Origin: Bacteroidales bacterium
GTDB lineage: Bacteria; Bacteroidota; Bacteroidia; Bacteroidales; GCA-2748055
DNA length: 64,000 bases
Assembly: GCA_040880545.1 (NCBI GenBank)
Contig: JBBDIE010000151.1
Location: 10,617 to 74,616, forward strand
Reading direction: 5' to 3'
The translations under genes and the position numbers were made by a program. The notes beneath the pieces were generated by a model. It was not told the DNA's origin. It worked only from the letters and a program-made list of their open reading frames with translations, and did not search any database. The first letter of the stretch is position 1; every line of letters begins with the position of its first letter. Shown piece by piece: positions 40,440-48,749 of this stretch.

Positions 40440-41339
40440 TCAAAGTTTCTCTGCGATCCTTAATTTAGCGCTCCTTGCCCTGCTGTTCTCCGAAATTTCC
40501 TTCTCGCCCGGAACAATCACCTTTCGATTGACAACCATCCAGCTTGTCTCCGGATTCCCGTAAAAGTCTTTCTTTACCTCACCCTCCAGGTTTCCGGACC
40601 GCATATAGTTTTTCACCAACCGGTCTTCCAGGGAATGGTAAGTAATTACTACCAACCTACCACCGTTACCCATATAATCTGATGTCTGTACCAGCATCTC
40701 CCTCAACGCATCGATCTCTTCATTAACTTCAATTCTGATGGCCTGAAACACCCTGGCCATAAATTTCGACCTGGTCTGCTGTGGTACCAGGTCCTCCAAA
40801 ATCGTTTCCAGCTCAGTGGTTGTTGTTACAGGTTTTATGACCCGTGCCTCAATAATCGCCCTTACCACACGCCCTGTGTTTTTCAACTCACCGTATCTCC
40901 TGAAAATCCTGAAGAGATCATCTTCCGGATAATCATTGAGTACTTCAACTGCTGTTTTGCGGGAATTTGGGTCCATCCTCATATCCAGCCGGCTCTCGGA
41001 CCTGAATGAAAAGCCCCGCTCAGGCTGGTCGATCTGGTAGGATGAAATGCCGAGGTCAGCAAGTATTCCATCAACCTGCGGAACTTCATAATACCGAAGA
41101 AAATTCCGCATATACCTGAAATTGGCTTTTATAAAGACCAGACGTTTGTCTTTACTGATGTTCTGTGCTGCATCAGGATCCTGGTCGAATGCAAACAGCC
41201 TTCCTTTCTTTCCTAACTTTTCAAGAACAAGGCGGGAGTGTCCCCCTCCGCCAAAAGTGAGATCCACGTAGGTCCCTTTTGACTTGATATTTAAACCTTC
41301 AATACTCTCATTCAATAACACAGGCCTGTGATAAGCCAT
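40440..41339 (-). CDS. rsmH: 16S rRNA (cytosine1402-N4)-methyltransferase
   Basis: Motifs are MAYHRPVLLNES, VDLTFGGGGHS and ADLGISSYQ. I prefer the ATG at 41339, which lies 1 nt after the mraZ stop, over the listed 41399. Confidence 0.93.
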   Translation of the reverse strand: MAYHRPVLLNESIEGLNIKSKGTYVDLTFGGGGHSRLVLEKLGKKGRLFAFDQDPDAAQNISKDKRLVFIKANFRYMRNFLRYYEVPQVDGILADLGISSYQIDQPERGFSFRSESRLDMRMDPNSRKTAVEVLNDYPEDDLFRIFRRYGELKNTGRVVRAIIEARVIKPVTTTTELETILEDLVPQQTRSKFMARVFQAIRIEVNEEIDALREMLVQTSDYMGNGGRLVVITYHSLEDRLVKNYMRSGNLEGEVKKDFYGNPETSWMVVNRKVIVPGEKEISENSRARSAKLRIAEKL

Positions 41340-41340
41340 A

Positions 41341-41805
41341 TTATTCAGTTTCACTGGATGATCCACCAAGTATTTTCTCTGCCATGGAAGCAAAATCATC
41401 GTCTGCTGTACTTACTCCCGGATATGCATCGCCCGACCAGAGCTCAATCCTTCCGGATTGTCCTGCCAGTACAACTTCATCAGTAATTCCGGCATGATCC
41501 AGTAACCTTTTAGGAATCAGCATCCTGTTACTGGCATCCAAAATTAGTTCAGCCGTACCTGCATAAAACATGCGCAAAAATTTTGCATGCTCCTTGTTGT
41601 AAGGATTGGTCCGCTCCCGGATCATGGCATTCTGCCGTTCCCACTCTTCCATGGGATACAGGATCAGACACTTTTCAAAGACATCACGCTTTAACACAAA
41701 TCCGTCACCGGACGCATCTCTCATCTGCCGATTAAAGGCAGCAGGAAAGGAGAGCCTTCCTTTGGGATCAAGTTTTACCGTATAGTCTCCAATAAAAGTT
41801 ATCAT
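41341..41805 (-). CDS. mraZ: Division/cell wall cluster transcriptional regulator MraZ
   Basis: It contains a duplicated SpoVT/AbrB-like MraZ motif (DPKGRLSFPAAF and DASNRMLIPKRL). It is 154 aa and is the first gene of the dcw cluster. Confidence 0.93.
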   Translation of the reverse strand: MITFIGDYTVKLDPKGRLSFPAAFNRQMRDASGDGFVLKRDVFEKCLILYPMEEWERQNAMIRERTNPYNKEHAKFLRMFYAGTAELILDASNRMLIPKRLLDHAGITDEVVLAGQSGRIELWSGDAYPGVSTADDDFASMAEKILGGSSSETE

Positions 41806-41844
41806 ACCGCTATATCCATTAAAAGGTAAAATTAAAGAATTTTT

Positions 41845-41879
41845 CCCATTTCATACCATTTTGCCCCACTTTTTCCCAC
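41845..41879 (-). promoter_or_regulatory. MraZ-operator-like array: four TGGG/TGGT boxes with exact 10-bp phasing upstream of mraZ
   Basis: The minus strand reads AAAGTGGGAAAAAGTGGGGCAAAATGGTATGAAATGGGAAAA. On the plus strand the boxes are CCCA at 41875, CCCA at 41865, ACCA at 41855 and CCCA at 41845. The array lies 40-75 nt upstream of the mraZ ATG (41805). Confidence 0.6.
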
Positions 41880-41965
41880 TTTGTTAATAACTTTTGGTTC
41901 ATTGAGTTGAATCATAGCAAACATAAGCGATGGATGATTATAGTCCATTTCCGGGATTTTTTTAA

Positions 41966-41973
41966 TATTTTTG
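41966..41973 (+). promoter_or_regulatory. Candidate -7 promoter element (TAnnTTTG) for the acyltransferase gene
   Basis: TATTTTTG lies 26 nt upstream of the ATG at 41999, in the divergent mraZ/acyltransferase spacer. Confidence 0.35.
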
Positions 41974-41998
41974 CAACCCGGAACCATGCCGCAGACAC

Positions 41999-42862
41999 AT
42001 GACAGACGATAACACCAACAAAGCATACAAACCCATTGATATCAAACAGCTGTTTCGCGAAAAGAACCCGCGGATGGCCCGGTTGATTCCCGGGTTCATA
42101 TACCGTTACCTACACAAGGCGCTGGTGCTCGATGAGATCAATGAGATTTTAAGATTACACGGGCATAAAAAGAATTTTGAATTTGCTGATGCAGTTGTTG
42201 GCCTGTTCAATGTAACGGTTGAACTGGCTGGGGAAGAGAACCTTCCCAGTGGGGGACCGTTCATATTTGTTGCCAATCACCCGCTTGGCGGATTTGACGG
42301 CATCTTACTGATACAGCAGATTGGAGAGCGGTACGATCGGAAGTACCGCGTACTTGTTAATGATATTCTGTTGAATATTAAGAACATGGATGGTATCTTT
42401 GTACCCATAAACAAACATGGGACCCAGGCCATGGAAAATGTAAGGCTCATAGAAGAGATTTTTAAGTCTGATCAACATGTGATGACCTTCCCCTCAGGAT
42501 TGGTTTCAAGGAGAATAAAGGGGGTAATTAAAGATACAGAATGGATGAAAAGCTTTGTTTCCAAGGCGGTAACCCATAAGCGGGATGTTGTTCCCATACA
42601 TATTACGGGTCGATGTTCCAATTTCTTTTACAATGTAGCCCGTCTCAGGACATTCCTGGGAATTAAGGCTAACCTGGAGATGTTCTATCTCCCCAGGGAG
42701 ACATTCAGACATAAAAATTCACACTATAAGATAACCATTGGTAAACCAATTAGTTACAAGAATTTTGACAAACGACACAAACCTGCTGAATGGACAGCAC
42801 AAGTGAAAGAACATTGCTATACACTGGCAGATGACCCAAACAGCACATTTGTTGCTAAATAA
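41999..42862 (+). CDS. PlsC-family lysophospholipid/lyso-lipoamino-acid O-acyltransferase (GlsA/OlsA-like)
   Basis: The acyltransferase block reads FVANHPLGGFDGILL and the second block reads VMTFPSGLVSRR. It is adjacent to an OlsB-like N-acyltransferase gene. Confidence 0.7.
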   Translation: MTDDNTNKAYKPIDIKQLFREKNPRMARLIPGFIYRYLHKALVLDEINEILRLHGHKKNFEFADAVVGLFNVTVELAGEENLPSGGPFIFVANHPLGGFDGILLIQQIGERYDRKYRVLVNDILLNIKNMDGIFVPINKHGTQAMENVRLIEEIFKSDQHVMTFPSGLVSRRIKGVIKDTEWMKSFVSKAVTHKRDVVPIHITGRCSNFFYNVARLRTFLGIKANLEMFYLPRETFRHKNSHYKITIGKPISYKNFDKRHKPAEWTAQVKEHCYTLADDPNSTFVAK

Positions 42863-43023
42863 AGTCTGTCAATAAAGTAGAGTGGCTGGATTATAAAGTT
42901 CGGGATCAAGGCTTGCGAAGTCGGGAAATACGCAGTTTACTTGCGTAAATGAACAATTTTCCGACAAGCATAACGCAGATATCGGACATTATGGACAGAC
43001 ACTAAATAATCAAAACCGAGCTC

Positions 43024-44046
43024 ATGAACATGCAACGTATTATTCCGGCACTTGAAAAAGATCTTTTGCTCTCAGAACTTACCGAGGATAAATTTATCAG
43101 AAAGACCAACAAGGGAGGAAATCTGCTCTACATCGTGAACCATGAAGACTCACCAAATCTGCTGCGTGAAATCGGCCGGCTCAGAGAAGTGGCATTTCGT
43201 TCCGCAGGTGGAGGTACCGGCAAAGATTGTGATCTGGACGCTTATGATTCAGGAGAAAACAGCTATCAGCAGTTGATTGTCTGGGACCCGGATCAACAGG
43301 AGATTCTTGGTGGTTACAGGTTCCTGATTTGTAATGAGCAAATCTGTTGTGAAAATGGTGAGGTAAAACTGGCTACGGCCAAACTATTCAATTTTTCCGA
43401 AGATTTTAAGAAGGATTATCTGCCACACATGATTGAACTGGGACGGTCATTTGTCCAGCCCATGTATCAATCCACCAATCTTCGCAGGAAAGGGTTGTAC
43501 GCTTTGGACAATCTTTGGGACGGACTGGGAACACTGGTGATGGATTATCCTGAAATAAAATACTTCTTTGGCAAAGTAACCATGTACCTGCACTACCACC
43601 AAGAGGCCCGGGATATGATCCTGTTTTTCCTGAACAAACATTTTCCGGATACAGACAAACTCGTGGTTCCAAAAGAGCCCTTACGCGTATTGATGAAACA
43701 GGAACAGCTAAATAAAATTTTCTCGGGTTCTGATTACATGGAAGACTATAAAATTCTTTCCAAACAGGTTCGTGCGGTGGGAGAAACAATTCCTCCCCTG
43801 ATCAATGCTTACATGAGTCTTTCACCCTCCATGAGATCATTCGGAACAGTTATGAACCATAGTTTTGGGGAGGTTGAGGAGACAGGCATCATGATTACGG
43901 TGAATGATCTGTATAAAAGCAAGGTGGAAAGGCACCTGTCCAATTACGTCCCAAAGCACCTGAGAAGGATCCAGAACCTGAATATAAGGAATACCAAGTT
44001 AAATGACTTGTTTAACAGGTTCAGGTTCAATAGGCACGAGAGTTGA
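43024..44046 (+). CDS. OlsB/GlsB-like amino-acid N-acyltransferase (GNAT-related, 'hemolysin-like')
   Basis: Motifs are LREIGRLREVAFRSAGGGTGKDCDLDAYD and IELGRSFVQP, typical of the lipoamino-acid N-acyltransferase family. It is 340 aa. Confidence 0.7.
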   Translation: MNMQRIIPALEKDLLLSELTEDKFIRKTNKGGNLLYIVNHEDSPNLLREIGRLREVAFRSAGGGTGKDCDLDAYDSGENSYQQLIVWDPDQQEILGGYRFLICNEQICCENGEVKLATAKLFNFSEDFKKDYLPHMIELGRSFVQPMYQSTNLRRKGLYALDNLWDGLGTLVMDYPEIKYFFGKVTMYLHYHQEARDMILFFLNKHFPDTDKLVVPKEPLRVLMKQEQLNKIFSGSDYMEDYKILSKQVRAVGETIPPLINAYMSLSPSMRSFGTVMNHSFGEVEETGIMITVNDLYKSKVERHLSNYVPKHLRRIQNLNIRNTKLNDLFNRFRFNRHES

Positions 44047-45928
44047 TCCCTTCAATGTAATTAATAAATGAGGTATTCACCACCTTATTCCCTCCCGGAG
44101 TGGGGTAATCACCTGTGAAATACCAGTCCCCCAGGTCATTGGGAATTGCTTCGTGCAGGTTTTCAATGCTCTGGTAAACAATTTTTACTTCCGCATGTAC
44201 ATCCGGTGTCTTTAAAAGTTCAGAAATTTTATTTGAAATTTCTTCCGAAGTGAATGGTTTATAAATGTCCTTTACATAATTCACGATGTTCTCTTTGGGC
44301 TCGTGCTTTTGCGCAACCGACTTTTTATAAACTTCGTTGATCACATGCTCCTTTCCATGTTGCTTTAACAAAGCGATGGCTGCCTGGAAAGCGATAAAAT
44401 CACCCAATTTAGCCATATCGATTCCATAACAATCGGGGTACCGTATCTGGGGGGAAGAGGATACAACCACGATTCGTTTGGGCCCCAGCCTGTCCAGTAT
44501 CTTCAGGATACTCTCCCTTAGTGTGGTTCCCCGTACAATAGAGTCGTCAATTATTACGAGGTTATCTTCGCCCCTTTTCAGACTTCCATAGGTAATGTCG
44601 TACACATGATTTACCAGGTCTTTTCTCCCTTTGTCCTGGGAGATAAAGGTACGTAGTTTGATGTCCTTGATGGCTACTTTTTCCACCCGTGGTCTCCAGG
44701 ATATGATCTCTGCAAGTTCATCATCATCCATGGTTCCGTTACTCTCCTTGATCCTCCTGATCTTATCTTTGATCATGTGGTCCTCCACTCCGGCTACCAT
44801 CCCGTAGAAGGCCGATTCCGCTGTATTGGGTATAAAGGAGAATACGGTATGATTGGTGTCACCGTCAATACTCTCCATAATTGCGGGAACCAGTAACCTG
44901 CCCAGTTTTTTTCGTTCCCTGTAAATGCTTCTGTCGCTACCCCTTGAAAAATAGATTCGTTCGAAGGAGCATGATTTTTTTTCAAATGGTTCCCTCACAG
45001 TTTCTTGCAGGATGGTTCCATTTTTCTTAATAACGATTGCATTCCCTGGGGAAATTTCATGGATCTGATCCGCCTTCAGGTTCATCACAGTCTGGATTAC
45101 CGGCCGTTCCGATGCGACGATCGCAATCTCTTCATCATGGTAATAATAAGCGGGGCGTATTCCCCACGGGTCGCGCATAACAAAAGCATCTCCATGTCCA
45201 AACATGCCTGCGATGGCATAGCCGCCGTCCCAGCTTTTTGACGCATCCGAAAGTATCTTTCCAATGTTGATCTGTTCTGTAATCATTTCGGTGATATCCC
45301 TGTTGGAATAACCTTTCAACTTAAAGCCATCGAACAACTTCTGGTTCTCCTTGTCAAGAAAATGACCCACTTTCTCAAGGATGGTCACGGTATCCGTAAA
45401 ATCTTTGGGTGATTGCCCTAACTCTATCAGGGTGTTAAACAACTCATCCACATTGGTGAGATTGAAGTTCCCTGCCAACACCAGATTTCTGGATTTCCAG
45501 TTATTCTGCCTCATAACCGGGTGGAGGTTATCTGCAGAATTGCTGCCATAGGTCCCGTATCGCAAGTGTCCAAGATATAATTCACCCACAAATGGCAGGT
45601 TCATTTTTGCCCAATGGGCATCATCGATAGTGCCTGGATGCTTTCTTTCGGCTTTTTTGAAATTACCATAGATATCTTTGAAGATATCATTGATCGCATC
45701 GCTTTTTGAAGAGCGCAGCCTGTTGAAATATTTCTGGCCCGTCGGAACATCGAATTTCAGGCTGACCAGCCCTGCTCCATCCTGTCCCCTGTTTCGCTGT
45801 TTCTCCATCAGGAGATATAACTTCTGTAGGCCATATTTCCATGACCCGTACTTCAGCTGATAATATTCCAGGGGTTTTAATAAACGGATCAGCGCTATCC
45901 CGCATTTATGCTTAATTTCCTCACTCAT
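44027..45928 (-). CDS. purF: Class-II glutamine amidotransferase / amidophosphoribosyltransferase (long Bacteroidota PurF-like form)
   Basis: The N-terminal nucleophile region reads HKCGIALIRL..NRGQDGAG. The PRPP-binding loop is LVIIDDSIVRGTT. It is 633 aa. Confidence 0.75.
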   Translation of the reverse strand: MSEEIKHKCGIALIRLLKPLEYYQLKYGSWKYGLQKLYLLMEKQRNRGQDGAGLVSLKFDVPTGQKYFNRLRSSKSDAINDIFKDIYGNFKKAERKHPGTIDDAHWAKMNLPFVGELYLGHLRYGTYGSNSADNLHPVMRQNNWKSRNLVLAGNFNLTNVDELFNTLIELGQSPKDFTDTVTILEKVGHFLDKENQKLFDGFKLKGYSNRDITEMITEQINIGKILSDASKSWDGGYAIAGMFGHGDAFVMRDPWGIRPAYYYHDEEIAIVASERPVIQTVMNLKADQIHEISPGNAIVIKKNGTILQETVREPFEKKSCSFERIYFSRGSDRSIYRERKKLGRLLVPAIMESIDGDTNHTVFSFIPNTAESAFYGMVAGVEDHMIKDKIRRIKESNGTMDDDELAEIISWRPRVEKVAIKDIKLRTFISQDKGRKDLVNHVYDITYGSLKRGEDNLVIIDDSIVRGTTLRESILKILDRLGPKRIVVVSSSPQIRYPDCYGIDMAKLGDFIAFQAAIALLKQHGKEHVINEVYKKSVAQKHEPKENIVNYVKDIYKPFTSEEISNKISELLKTPDVHAEVKIVYQSIENLHEAIPNDLGDWYFTGDYPTPGGNKVVNTSFINYIEGINSRAY

Positions 45929-45956
45929 ATACTTCAGTTGCCATGAGGAACGGTCC

Positions 45957-46409
45957 TCATAAAACTATTTTATATTCCACAATAAAAGCATCGGGAAAAT
46001 TTCTTCGGATGGTATCGAGTATTTTCATGGCATCGCGCCTTGTTCTGAAATTGCCCACATACACTTTGTAATAAGATCCCTCGTACTTTGGATATGTAGG
46101 AATATCCGGGTAAATGGAAAGAAATTTCGCACGAACCTGCATCTGGTGATCCTTGGCACCCTGTCCATTGTCAGAAAATATTCTGATGCGGTAACCTTCC
46201 ACTCCCCTGTTCTTGCTGTTTTGAACAAGATGTTTATTATAATTTTCAATGATCAGTGAATCAAAACTAAGGATCACGTTCCCGGTCATCTCCTTCTGCT
46301 GCAGCCTTGTTAGCGGATCAGTGGAACCTGTACCCTGCCTGTTACTTTGCCCGAACATGACAAGGCTGGCTGATAATATGACAATAGCTATTGTGAAAGA
46401 TGTCTTCAT
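45957..46409 (-). CDS. SPOR-domain (peptidoglycan-binding) protein
   Basis: It has a signal peptide (MKTSFTIAIVILSASLVMFGQ). The C-terminal SPOR pattern reads GYRIRIFSDNG..A...RAKF....P..PTY..YEGSYYKVYVGNFRTRRDA. The listed start at 46436 is possible, but the ATG at 46409 gives a canonical signal peptide. Confidence 0.7.
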   Translation of the reverse strand: MKTSFTIAIVILSASLVMFGQSNRQGTGSTDPLTRLQQKEMTGNVILSFDSLIIENYNKHLVQNSKNRGVEGYRIRIFSDNGQGAKDHQMQVRAKFLSIYPDIPTYPKYEGSYYKVYVGNFRTRRDAMKILDTIRRNFPDAFIVEYKIVL

Positions 46410-46486
46410 AATAAATTGTGCTTCAAAATTAATCAAAAATGTATGCTATTTAAATTTCAGTTGAAAATAATAATTACTTTCGTTGC

Positions 46487-47170
46487 ATGCCTTATACGAC
46501 AGGTACAATAAGAAAAATGGAAATGGCGGCCGGATTGATGATGATCCTGTCTGTACTATCCATTCTTGTTGCATTCTTATTGAAATTTGAATATACGGTT
46601 CCGAATGCCACATTCGATGAAGATGTGGCATTCCTTATAGATAACGTTATGGGGCAGAGAACCAGTGCGATTGCCTGGATTATCACAGGAACAGTCAACC
46701 TTTTTTTCCTGCCCTTCTACCTCATTCTTTTTCAGCGATTTCAAAAGGGCATGCATTTTTTAAGCAGTTTCTTTATTCTTGCCATGGCATTTATATTTTT
46801 CATCCTGGGCATCAATGAATGGCACCTGGCAAGTTTAACGGAACTTGACGGTGATACCGATATTATATTAAACGGATCTGTAACTACTGGTATTCTTATC
46901 TCCATCAGAAATATACTAATACTTATAAAACTTGGATTAACCGCATTTGGTGCATTTACAACTGTATTTACCATATCAAGGTTCAGTGAGGTGAAATTCC
47001 CGGTGATCGGAAGCACGCTCGCTTTTCTTGCCGGACCTGTAATTATTACCTTTACCTGGTTAAATCCGGCACATATATTGATGACATCATCACTGGCTGC
47101 TGCATGTACCGGACTGCTCATTATTGGTGCACACCTGGTTATCAAAGGTCTTGTGTTGAAAAACGTGTAA
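46487..47170 (+). CDS. Polytopic membrane protein, uncharacterised
   Basis: It has about 6 hydrophobic helices (e.g. AAGLMMILSVLSILVAFLL, AIAWIITGTVNLFFLPFYLILF, FLSSFFILAMAFIFFILGI). It ends 26 nt before the kinase ATG. Confidence 0.6.
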   Translation: MPYTTGTIRKMEMAAGLMMILSVLSILVAFLLKFEYTVPNATFDEDVAFLIDNVMGQRTSAIAWIITGTVNLFFLPFYLILFQRFQKGMHFLSSFFILAMAFIFFILGINEWHLASLTELDGDTDIILNGSVTTGILISIRNILILIKLGLTAFGAFTTVFTISRFSEVKFPVIGSTLAFLAGPVIITFTWLNPAHILMTSSLAAACTGLLIIGAHLVIKGLVLKNV

Positions 47171-47196
47171 GTGTATTGATTAAAAATTTTGTGCCG

Positions 47197-48327
47197 ATGG
47201 GGAATAGTACGCATAGAGATCTGCTAAAAGGAATCATATCTGATCCTGTTGCCAGGAAGTTTATCATTGATCTGATCAATTCCCTGCCAAATATCGTGGT
47301 GGTTCTGGATGATCAACGACGATTGATTTACTCGAACCGGGCGATGATTGATAAATTGTCTCTGGATAATTATGAGTCAGCCTTTCATCTGAAACCGGGC
47401 GAACTCTTTCAATGTGTAAATGCCAGGAGTGCCCCGGGCAGGTGTGGTAGTTCTGAAGCATGTGAATTATGCGGAGCATTACGCACCATTGAGGATTCAA
47501 GAATGAAAAAGAGCTCATTTACAAGCGATTACAGAATTCTGGGCTCCAACAATGGATTAACCAGATCCTACAATTTCAGGTTAACCTCCACCCCTTTTCA
47601 ATACAACGACAATTCTTTCTTTCTGGTTTCCCTGGAGGATGTCAGCGCGCTTAAAAGAAAAGAAGAACTTGAACGAATCTTCTTTCATGATGTCATGAAT
47701 TCTATTGGAAGCCTTCATGGAATTATTAATTTGCTGAAAAACCAGGGAGACATTCATCCGAATCACCTGGATATTCTGGAATCCACGTACAACAATCTCT
47801 ATGATACAATACGCGAACAAAAACAGCTTTCTCAGGCAGAGCAGGGCGAGTTAACCGTAAACAGGGAAGAACTTCATGTACACGACCTGATCATTGAAAC
47901 AACCATGCCATTTAAGGCGATCCGCAAATACAAGATGGCCATAGAAATAGCCAAAGATACAGTTGATCAAATGTTTTTTTCGGATGGTGTTTTACTATCC
48001 CGGGTTCTTACAAACATGATTAAAAATGCTGTTGAAGCTTCGGGGGAGAATGACACCATAACAATTGGCGCAAGTTTAATGGATCAGCATCTGAGATTCT
48101 GGGTCAGGAACCCGGCGGTCATACCACATGACACCGGTCTTCAGATTTTCGAAAGGTCCTTTACAACCAAAGGACCCGGCCGCGGGATGGGTACTTTCAG
48201 TATGAAACTCCTGGGAGAACATTACCTGGGTGGAAAAGTGGATTTCAATTCAAGTGAAAATGAGGGAACCACCTTCTGGATCGATCTTCCTCTTTCTTCA
48301 GTATTACCTGAGAATAACAGTAAGTAA
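47197..48327 (+). CDS. Soluble sensor histidine kinase with an N-terminal PAS-like domain carrying a C-x9-C-x5-C-x2-C motif; no cognate response regulator nearby
   Basis: The H-box is FFHDVMNSIGSL, the N-box is NMIKNAVEAS and the G-box is TTKGPGRGMGTFSMKLL. No TM segment is present. I prefer the ATG at 47197 over the listed 47104, which overlaps the upstream gene. Confidence 0.8.
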   Translation: MGNSTHRDLLKGIISDPVARKFIIDLINSLPNIVVVLDDQRRLIYSNRAMIDKLSLDNYESAFHLKPGELFQCVNARSAPGRCGSSEACELCGALRTIEDSRMKKSSFTSDYRILGSNNGLTRSYNFRLTSTPFQYNDNSFFLVSLEDVSALKRKEELERIFFHDVMNSIGSLHGIINLLKNQGDIHPNHLDILESTYNNLYDTIREQKQLSQAEQGELTVNREELHVHDLIIETTMPFKAIRKYKMAIEIAKDTVDQMFFSDGVLLSRVLTNMIKNAVEASGENDTITIGASLMDQHLRFWVRNPAVIPHDTGLQIFERSFTTKGPGRGMGTFSMKLLGEHYLGGKVDFNSSENEGTTFWIDLPLSSVLPENNSK

Positions 48328-48749
48328 TGGCTGTCCCTAATGTCCATTTGCTGCGTTACGCTCTCTGTGATACCTCACCCCCTAGCCCTCTCCTCGTGTT
48401 AATGTCATTTGACATTGCAAGGGATTTCAACGATATTTTGGGGTTTTGTACCTTTGATTCGGTATTCAGAATAAAAATGTATTCATCGTTTGAGCCCTTT
48501 TTTTAACCAGTAGAGTTAAGGGAGTTTAAAATAATCCTTTATCCATTCACTCAAGAGCTTGCTCTAACTCCCTCCTTTTAGCACGTCTGAAAATCAAACT
48601 CTAATCCCGACAAATGTCGGGACTCTGCTCTAAACTCTGTGCCAGCTTGCTGGTCTGATTCCTCTGTGGTTAAAAAAAAGGCTCTTACGATGACCCCGAA
48701 CATTATGATCCAGCCACTTCACACTATTGACAGACTAAGTAGTGGATGT

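Noticed and set aside
40075-40563. A 162-aa plus-strand ORF antisense to ftsL/rsmH, and a 157-aa minus-strand ORF (46741-47214) antisense to the membrane protein gene.
   Set aside because: Both are Ser/Ile/Leu-rich shadow frames that cross gene boundaries of better-supported genes on the other strand.
41832-42026. A 64-aa minus-strand ORF upstream of mraZ.
   Set aside because: It covers the TGGG-box array and the divergent promoter region. Its sequence is Cys/Trp-rich and implausible, so it is likely non-coding.
44027-44046. A 20-nt 3'-end overlap of the convergent N-acyltransferase and PurF-like genes, which could signal a frameshift or a mis-called stop.
   Set aside because: Both C-termini translate cleanly to their stops (..RFNRHES* and ..YIEGINSRAY*). 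A convergent overlap is unusual but not evidence of an error or a special element.
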